Of a DNA stretch of 64,000 nt, positions 57,524 through 64,000 are shown in pieces. The notes beneath the pieces are model-generated. The model was not told the DNA's origin. It did not search any database and saw nothing but the letters and a program-made list of their open reading frames with translations. The stretch lies in IMG/VR virus record IMGVR_UViG_3300023174_000038, positions 284,702-348,701 of that record. One strand, 5' to 3'. Position 1 is the first letter of the stretch. Every line of letters starts with the position of its first letter. Made by a program: the position numbers and the translations under genes.

Positions 57524-58210
57524 TTACAAGAACTGTTCATAATACTTCTCAACACGACTAAACCAAATATCACTATACTTGTCAAACTCAGTACCCTCTA
57601 GGATAAATTCCTGATATTCATTTGCGGCAGAACACATAAAAATAACACCTTTACGTATCTTTGTACCATGAACTTCATTATGTGCATTAGCATAAGCGGC
57701 TAATTGAACAAAATAATCTTCAATCCACTCACGTTTTTTAGGTTTATTTGTTTGTTTGTGATCCATGATAGCTTCATTACCGTCATGTATGCCTGCTAGG
57801 TCTGTTGTCCCTGCGTAAATTTTCGGATAATAGAGAGGAACTTCTGTGCCCCAATATTCATTGCATTTAACAAGACCTTGATTAATGATTGATTTGGCCA
57901 TTTGATGGCTTTGGATGCTATACGGATTGCTTCCGGGCTCATTGAGTACTCCTGTCTTAATGTAATCTTCTAGCCACTTGTGCATTCGTGTTCCACGACC
58001 TGCGGCTTCTGTTGTGATTTCTTGTGCTTTCTGAACACCAACTCGCTTTCGCCAGTTTTGCAATGCTTGTTTAGATTCTTCACTTTTAGTAGCATCTAGT
58101 ATTGTAGTTACACTAGGAAGTTTCTCGCCATCAGGTGTTGCATATTTACGTGACCCGTTTATTGTTTCTCTAAGTAAAGGAACATAATTATATTTGTTTG
58201 GAATGTACAT
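57524..58210 (-). CDS. PD-(D/E)xK exonuclease
   Basis: Likely start MYIPNKY; LPSVTTIL, RGTRMH, EVPL, YAGTTD, DHKQ, YFVQLAAYA. Confidence 0.85.
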   Translation of the reverse strand: MYIPNKYNYVPLLRETINGSRKYATPDGEKLPSVTTILDATKSEESKQALQNWRKRVGVQKAQEITTEAAGRGTRMHKWLEDYIKTGVLNEPGSNPYSIQSHQMAKSIINQGLVKCNEYWGTEVPLYYPKIYAGTTDLAGIHDGNEAIMDHKQTNKPKKREWIEDYFVQLAAYANAHNEVHGTKIRKGVIFMCSAANEYQEFILEGTEFDKYSDIWFSRVEKYYEQFL

Positions 58211-58254
58211 TAGACTATTATAATTTATTTTATAATTTAATGCTAGCATTTAGG

Positions 58255-58581
58255 TTAAACTCTAAAACTCTCTCCGCAACCGCATCGGTCACGCTCATTT
58301 GGGTTACTAAATTCAAACCCTTCATTTAACCCATTACGAACATAATCTACTATCATGTTCTTTAAGTATACATCATGTTTTTTATCTACTAGTACAATAA
58401 AATTTGGTTGTGCATAATTAATAGCAGATTCATCATAACTGTATTCATCAACATACTCTAATACATATGCCAAACCACTACATCCAGTGGTCTTGACGCC
58501 TATTCGTATTCCTAGACCCTTACCACGTTTTTTAATTATTTGTTGTATTTTATTGGAAGCTTTTTCGGTGATTGTAATCAT
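58255..58581 (-). CDS. iscA: IscA/HesB Fe-S cluster carrier
   Basis: GVKTTGCSGLAY and NPNERDRCGCGESF. Confidence 0.95.
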   Translation of the reverse strand: MITITEKASNKIQQIIKKRGKGLGIRIGVKTTGCSGLAYVLEYVDEYSYDESAINYAQPNFIVLVDKKHDVYLKNMIVDYVRNGLNEGFEFSNPNERDRCGCGESFRV

Positions 58582-58582
58582 C

Positions 58583-58906
58583 TTACTTCATTGCTTTGTG
58601 TGCCATTTGTTTGACAACTTTTTTACTATCTTCTTCTTCTGGTTCAACTGGAGTTTCTTGACCTTTAAATATAACCTTATCACCTTGAATATTTGATATT
58701 TTATTCTTCAATGGTGGCTTTTTAATCATATCATACAAATCTTGTTTTGCTAGTATGATATCATTATCTTTATAATATTGTAATAATTCATCAACTGACC
58801 AATCCGAATGTTGGTCACCACTATCAATTTCACTAGTGAGCTGACTTGTGACAGCTACTAATCTAACTAATAGTGGATTCGGATTTGATAGTTCAAATAA
58901 ACGCAT
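58583..58906 (-). CDS. Putative head-associated protein, CTS-like start
   Basis: MRLFELS start, 107 aa. Confidence 0.55.
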   Translation of the reverse strand: MRLFELSNPNPLLVRLVAVTSQLTSEIDSGDQHSDWSVDELLQYYKDNDIILAKQDLYDMIKKPPLKNKISNIQGDKVIFKGQETPVEPEEEDSKKVVKQMAHKAMK

Positions 58907-59631
58907 TATCTCTTTAAACGGCCAGCACCACCAACGGGTACTTCTTCGTCTGGTTCTTCAACGGAAATATCATCGTCAACACTGAAATCATCTTCACCGT
59001 CACCAGCTAAATCGCCAGACATATCTAAATCAGCAGATACATCTTCATCACCAAATGCATCATCTGCAGGGTTACCACCCATCATGTCACCACCTTGGCC
59101 AGTGATACCATTTAAAGCAGATTGCATTGTGCCTTTGCTTTGTGTTAATGCGGCTTGTACAGAAGTTAATGCTTCAGTAACTTGTTGGTTGAAAGTTTCA
59201 CTTTCATTTACACCAATCTCGCTTTGAACACCTGATGTTAATGCCGGTAATTCTTTTACTAACATATCAGATACTTCTTCAACCATCTTTTGTATTTGGT
59301 CGACCATGTCTTGGGCGGCAAGAACAACTTGTGACTTCTCAACTTCTTCGTTCTCTACCATAATACGAGTTCTAGGTAGTGATTGCAAATAGCTAAAATG
59401 GTCAGCTAATGCTTGTTCCATAAACACTAGTTTCATGTATGATGGACTAGTTTGGCTTTGGTAAAATTCAGTAGATGATTTAGTTTCATTAATCAATCCG
59501 CGAACTTTACTAAGCATAGACTTAGTTTCCGTAACGGTCATTCTCTTTGTATTGAACGGAAGAGAATAGTGTTCATTCAACGCCTGTTTAGCAGTTGATA
59601 TTTTTTTGTTGTCAAATTCAGTTAGTTTCAT
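58906..59631 (-). CDS. Putative prohead core/scaffold-like protein
   Basis: MKLTEF start, ALNE, LINE, MVENEE junctions, helical body, very acidic tail. Confidence 0.55.
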   Translation of the reverse strand: MKLTEFDNKKISTAKQALNEHYSLPFNTKRMTVTETKSMLSKVRGLINETKSSTEFYQSQTSPSYMKLVFMEQALADHFSYLQSLPRTRIMVENEEVEKSQVVLAAQDMVDQIQKMVEEVSDMLVKELPALTSGVQSEIGVNESETFNQQVTEALTSVQAALTQSKGTMQSALNGITGQGGDMMGGNPADDAFGDEDVSADLDMSGDLAGDGEDDFSVDDDISVEEPDEEVPVGGAGRLKR

Positions 59632-59680
59632 AGTTATATTCCAAGACTAATATAAAGTATTTATCTTTTTTGTTTTATTG

Positions 59681-60160
59681 TTAGGGTTTTGTGTTAAATC
59701 TTTTAGTTTGCCATTTTTTGGAATCATTAATATATGTGTACAATTCATCCGTAAATTGTCTCTTTTTTAGCTTATCTTCACTTAATTTGGACAAAAATAT
59801 TAACCGATCATCAGTATTTTTGGCATTTTTAAACATCTTTGTATGCAATGATATATCTACTTCTAATCCAGCTAATAGATTGTCTAATTTAAGTATTCGG
59901 TTAGACTGATATAATAGATTTCTTTTATCAAATGTACACCAAGCTACGGCATGTTTAAGTACATTAAAGTTATGTGTAGTGAATGTAGTGTGCATTTTCA
60001 CTATATATTCATTGGTGCTAGACTTATTAATATGATACATATTGAATAATTCATAGCTATTGTCAGGGTTCTGAAAAATGATAACATCTTCTAATTGCCC
60101 TACAAAGTCAGTTTTCATTAGCTTTTCTAATTGCTTTTCTGGATTAGTACGTTTAACCAT
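59681..60160 (-). CDS. Hypothetical protein
   Basis: 159 aa. Confidence 0.55.
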   Translation of the reverse strand: MVKRTNPEKQLEKLMKTDFVGQLEDVIIFQNPDNSYELFNMYHINKSSTNEYIVKMHTTFTTHNFNVLKHAVAWCTFDKRNLLYQSNRILKLDNLLAGLEVDISLHTKMFKNAKNTDDRLIFLSKLSEDKLKKRQFTDELYTYINDSKKWQTKRFNTKP

Positions 60161-60611
60161 ATTTCACTACCTTAAAATATATGTTTTTAAGTTCATCAGA
60201 TGTATCTAAAAATGAGGGTAATTTGTCCCAAATCGTATCTGTTTTAATCATTGGTACTGTATCACAATCACTATATAATGATCCTAATTCATTAGTGCCA
60301 TCATAAAATACACTAGCATGTTGTATTTCAAAATCAAATGACCAGCAATTATATAACTCATTTTCTTGTTGTTGATATAGAAAGCCAAAGTCTGTAAATT
60401 CATCAAATCGTATTTGTATTTTTTTAGGAGTTCTAGTAATTTCAGGTTGACTACGTAATGATATAGCTTGTAATACTGTATCAAAATTACATTGTGTATT
60501 TCTTTTATGTAGCCAAGGTATCAATTCTTCATCCTCAACTGGACGACTTCTATTGACTACTCCTGTAGGGGTAATATCAAATAGTGTATAGCAAGTAATA
60601 GTGTAACTCAT
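60153..60611 (-). CDS. Hypothetical protein
   Basis: 152 aa; TAAATA 5 nt upstream. Confidence 0.6.
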   Translation of the reverse strand: MSYTITCYTLFDITPTGVVNRSRPVEDEELIPWLHKRNTQCNFDTVLQAISLRSQPEITRTPKKIQIRFDEFTDFGFLYQQQENELYNCWSFDFEIQHASVFYDGTNELGSLYSDCDTVPMIKTDTIWDKLPSFLDTSDELKNIYFKVVKYG

Positions 60612-60630
60612 ACTACTATTTAATAGAGGT

Positions 60631-60655
60631 AAAAAAACCCGAGAAATTCTCGGGT
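60631..60655 (-). terminator. Intrinsic terminator
   Basis: ACCCGAGA-ATT-TCTCGGGT then T7 on minus strand. Confidence 0.8.
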
Positions 60656-60674
60656 CCTTTTAATTAAGTTAAAA

Positions 60675-61058
60675 TTAACCTGTGAATGTAGCTGTAGCTG
60701 TTGTAGTTACAGAATTAGACAAGCTAGCTGCCGTTAGAACTGCTTCTACAGCGGCATCTAAGGTTGTAGTTGTCCATGCGCCAACTGGATATACAGCCAT
60801 TGCTAGTGTATCATTAGTTGTATCTGTATACTCATACAAGTAAACTGTAGCTAATTGTTGTGTAGCTTGGATGATCAAATTAACTTGTGTACCTGTCAAA
60901 GCGCCAGTAGCTGTAATCGTGAAGAAGTCTAGCTTAGGACCTTGTGGTTGTACCGTAGCTCCTGAGGTAACAGCGTTTGCACCACTGTTTGTGTAAGCTG
61001 GGCTATCATAGTTAATTACCGGTAGTAAGTCACCGTTTGTTTTTGTAAATTGTGCCAT
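60675..61058 (-). CDS. Small abundant virion protein (possible capsid decoration)
   Basis: Monocistronic: own TAAATA, AAAGGA SD and terminator; Thr/Ala-rich. Confidence 0.55.
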   Translation of the reverse strand: MAQFTKTNGDLLPVINYDSPAYTNSGANAVTSGATVQPQGPKLDFFTITATGALTGTQVNLIIQATQQLATVYLYEYTDTTNDTLAMAVYPVGAWTTTTLDAAVEAVLTAASLSNSVTTTATATFTG

Positions 61059-61135
61059 TTTAAAATTCCTTTAAGTTTGTGAGCATATAGCTCTACTCTT
61101 ATTTATGCCTGGCACAAAAAAATCCAGGATTTGGC

Positions 61136-62284
61136 TTATCTTCTGGCGAGATTTTGACGACTAAATCCCATTCTATCTACAAATTTTAAGCCATTTGATA
61201 CAAAACCTTCATGCGTTTCGGTTCCGTCTTCTAAATATCCTTTAACAGGACTAACTTCAGCGGCTTTATTCAATTGATTAACCACTGACATTTTTAGTTT
61301 ATACATCTCAATCCATATAGTAAAAGCACCAACTAATCCAGCTTCATTGGCTTGTAAATGCTCAACTATCTTCGCTTTCATTTTATCAGTCATTGGTCTA
61401 TTCTGTACAAAATCCATAAACCCAGCAAGTAGATTGTTCAAATCACCTGCAACAATCTTCTTGTTAATATATACGGTAAACAATTGATTAAATGTATTAC
61501 GTGCTTGTGGTGCACTATTCATTAATTGGTCTACTGCAGGACCATATTTCTTAACTGCATTCTGTGCATTCTTTACTAATGCAGTATCTATTTTAAGCTT
61601 AGGTGCTGTTGGCATAGCACTAGGAACAATTGCAACATCACTATTATTCTTTAGTTGTCCTATATTACCATTCAATGTAACTGCTTCATCAGTGGTCATT
61701 GCATTAGGATCAATATACTGATGTACTGCAATACCAGCACGTTTACCACCCATTAATTTACCAATTGGACTATTAACTTCTACTTTGTAAGTAATACCAT
61801 TGGGATTAGCTTTGAAAACATAGTTACCGTTTTGGTCGTTTAATGGTTGATGAAATAACAAATCACCCCAATAATAACCCTTAGCACCTTTGCTAGCTTT
61901 TTCTAACCCAGGCCATATCTCATTGATAATAGGCCATAAACTATCACGCTCTACCCCACGTGCTTGGTCATATTGAACAAATTGTTCTGGACTGAATACT
62001 TGACGTCCTGTCCCGTCTTTCTTATTGAACATATGTTTGTCCATAATACTAAACTTACCTGAACTATTACGTCCAAATATCAATGCAGGATATCCATCCC
62101 ATTTGATTGTAACTGTTGCTGGATTCTTTACTGTAGCAATAGTAGCTTGTATGGCACGACTAGCACCTTCACTTCCACCTAAAAATATTAAATCTTCTGG
62201 ATGGTCTAAATGACCTTTATCTTCATTTATAGATAGTTTGTCAATTTTAGATTTAAGTAATGCTAATGCTTCCGATAAATTCAT
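61136..62284 (-). CDS. Covalent nucleotidyltransferase (ligase-like) protein with E-terminated propeptide
   Basis: KWDG (motif I), WGDLLF (III), EGFV (IV), KFVDR (V); N-terminal MNLSE..SINE then DKGHLDHPED. Confidence 0.65.
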   Translation of the reverse strand: MNLSEALALLKSKIDKLSINEDKGHLDHPEDLIFLGGSEGASRAIQATIATVKNPATVTIKWDGYPALIFGRNSSGKFSIMDKHMFNKKDGTGRQVFSPEQFVQYDQARGVERDSLWPIINEIWPGLEKASKGAKGYYWGDLLFHQPLNDQNGNYVFKANPNGITYKVEVNSPIGKLMGGKRAGIAVHQYIDPNAMTTDEAVTLNGNIGQLKNNSDVAIVPSAMPTAPKLKIDTALVKNAQNAVKKYGPAVDQLMNSAPQARNTFNQLFTVYINKKIVAGDLNNLLAGFMDFVQNRPMTDKMKAKIVEHLQANEAGLVGAFTIWIEMYKLKMSVVNQLNKAAEVSPVKGYLEDGTETHEGFVSNGLKFVDRMGFSRQNLARR

Positions 62285-62535
62285 AACTGCTCTTTGTCGC
62301 TATTTTTCTTTATTGATTTAGAAAACTTTCCTTGGTCACGGGATTTAATTGCACCCAGCAATTTTCTCTCTAATATTTCTGCTTGCTCTTTAGGATAATT
62401 CCTATTAATCATCTCTAATAGATTAATAGCACTAGTAATGATGTTGTGGGCTCTACTCTCAATAACATGACTTGTATCACGGTTATTGCCAATAGCTTCC
62501 AATTCCTGAAGCAGGCTGCGAGTTTGTTTTTGCAT
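62281..62535 (-). CDS. Hypothetical protein
   Basis: 84 aa, ATGA-coupled. Confidence 0.6.
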   Translation of the reverse strand: MQKQTRSLLQELEAIGNNRDTSHVIESRAHNIITSAINLLEMINRNYPKEQAEILERKLLGAIKSRDQGKFSKSIKKNSDKEQL

Positions 62536-62564
62536 AATAGTTTCCTAATAGTATTTATCTACTT

Positions 62565-64000
62565 TTAGGATTTGTTCTTTAAACCATTCAATATTGACTT
62601 TAATTTTGACCCCTGTACATCAACTACAATACGCTTGTTTTCAGGCTCTAATATTTCTCCTGTAGTTTGATCTATGATAGGTTCTGTTGATATTAATGTA
62701 CTTTGCGGCTTTAATTTATTCATAATATCTGTAGCACTAGGTTGTGGTCTATAATTATCTTCCCCGTCACCCCCATTGTCACTAATACGCATAGTTTCAA
62801 CATTGTATTCTAAGTCAATCTTCATACCCACCCCGGTTGAACTACGACTTTTCATACATTGTATCTGATACTTACCACGCTCACGCATACTACGACTTGT
62901 AAAAATACCAAACACATTGTCTGCTGTGTTAATCTTACTGATACCACCTGCAATATGACTATGATCAAATTCTTGTTCGTCAACAGCACTACGATTTAAC
63001 TGTGACGCCGTTACCATCAGTATGCTCATTTCTTTTGCAAGATTACGCAATTCTTCAGCAACATACTTGTCTTTAATAAACTGATCGTTAGGATTAACTT
63101 TAACAGATACTGGCATTACTAAATCCAAATAATCAATCATTACAAAGTCAATGTTAATACCTGTTTGAATCTGTACCTCTTTTAAATAAGCACGAATATC
63201 ATTTACATTACTTTGTGCAGGTAATGCTTTAACACGATATTGTCCTGCTTTCTTACCAACCATTTTAACTTTAAGTTCGGTTGATCCAATATCTTTACGA
63301 ATATCTCTTGTGCCCATATTAGTTAACATAGCATCAGTACGCAAACTAGTTAGTTCTTCACTCAATTCTAATGTTACATATACTCCGCTCATTCCTGTCT
63401 GTAACCAATTCAATGCTATATTCATCATAACAAGACTTTTGCCTGAACCACTACCACCTGCAAAGATATTCAATTCACCACGACTCATACCACCATACAG
63501 TATCTTATCCATCTGTGGCCAGCCTGTACTAACTTGTCCACCACTGTTAAAGTATTTGTTAATACGACCGGCCGGATCAGCAAAATAATCTGTGCCCATA
63601 TCTTTTTGTAAACTGATTTGTACTGCTTCTTTAATTAGTTTCTCAACGGGACCAAAATCACCCTTCTCAAGTAAGTCAGCACTCTTTAATATCGCTCTTT
63701 CTAATTCTTGTCGTTTAGTAAAACTTTCAAATTCTTCAAAGAACCAATCATAATGTCCCTGACTCAATTCAGGTATGACTTCAAGATCCATGCCAGTTAA
63801 TGCTTTAATTTGTGTGCTATCAGGCAATACATTATATTTTGTTGTATGTTCTTTAAATAGTTCTGCTACTGGGCGCAATGATTTATCAAAGTTTTCAGAG
63901 TTCATAATATTCATAACTCTGGTATACAGTTCGGCATTTGTAATCATCATTTGCAAAAACAACTTCTGCAATTCTACACTATATTCTTTATTATCCGATT
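62565..64000 (-). CDS. Replicative helicase (DnaB/gp41 type), start beyond window
   Basis: GGSGSGKS Walker A, LELSE, MIDYLDL, TASQLNR, KSR; frame stays open to the window edge (SDNKEYSVELQKL). Confidence 0.92.
   Translation of the reverse strand, partial: SDNKEYSVELQKLFLQMMITNAELYTRVMNIMNSENFDKSLRPVAELFKEHTTKYNVLPDSTQIKALTGMDLEVIPELSQGHYDWFFEEFESFTKRQELERAILKSADLLEKGDFGPVEKLIKEAVQISLQKDMGTDYFADPAGRINKYFNSGGQVSTGWPQMDKILYGGMSRGELNIFAGGSGSGKSLVMMNIALNWLQTGMSGVYVTLELSEELTSLRTDAMLTNMGTRDIRKDIGSTELKVKMVGKKAGQYRVKALPAQSNVNDIRAYLKEVQIQTGINIDFVMIDYLDLVMPVSVKVNPNDQFIKDKYVAEELRNLAKEMSILMVTASQLNRSAVDEQEFDHSHIAGGISKINTADNVFGIFTSRSMRERGKYQIQCMKSRSSTGVGMKIDLEYNVETMRISDNGGDGEDNYRPQPSATDIMNKLKPQSTLISTEPIIDQTTGEILEPENKRIVVDVQGSKLKSILNGLKNKS

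Noticed and set aside
57524-58210. Exonuclease as Cas4 of a CRISPR system
   Set aside because: Lacks the Cas4 Fe-S cysteines and there are no cas genes or array nearby
1-64000. Diversity-generating retroelement behind the variable repeat proteins
   Set aside because: No reverse transcriptase and no template/variable repeat pair differing only at adenines seen in this window
1-64000. Stop-codon reassignment
   Set aside because: Conserved genes read through full length in the standard code and end at expected positions
1-64000. tRNA, rRNA, CRISPR arrays, inteins or introns
   Set aside because: Intergenic gaps are short and none fits a cloverleaf or repeat-spacer pattern; helicase, clamp loader and ClpA are of normal length

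Overview
64 kb segment of a large, AT-rich, T4-like myovirus (jumbo-phage style gene content). Most genes are on the minus strand. It holds morphogenesis genes (tail sheath, tube, neck/terminator, head-completion nuclease, baseplate wedge, long fibres, GH19 lysin), replication genes (DnaB/gp41 helicase cut by the window end, clamp-loader ATPase, stand-alone DnaE fragment, exonuclease, dNMP kinase, MazG, NUDIX), host-like genes (dps, clpA, dnaJ, groES-like, phoH, iscA) and four free-standing GIY-YIG homing endonucleases. The iscA sequence and gene set suggest a proteobacterial, probably betaproteobacterial, host (inference). Most notable signals: (1) many proteins start with T4-like capsid-targeting sequences and are built of small modules joined by x-x-E junctions, i.e. 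candidate head-packaged polyproteins cut by the prohead protease; modules include a lone sigma-70 region 4, an HExxH domain, an internal Tat signal peptide, a Pol-beta nucleotidyltransferase and a ligase-like enzyme; (2) a covarying structured RNA leader shared by three different homing endonuclease genes; (3) two endonucleases whose C-termini are diverged copies of the upstream gene's C-terminus; (4) widespread promoter-to-ATG spacing that implies leaderless mRNAs; (5) a dispersed family of six-bladed repeat proteins with variable loops. No tRNA, rRNA, CRISPR array or reverse transcriptase was seen. All calls are by-eye motif recognition; no database search was run.
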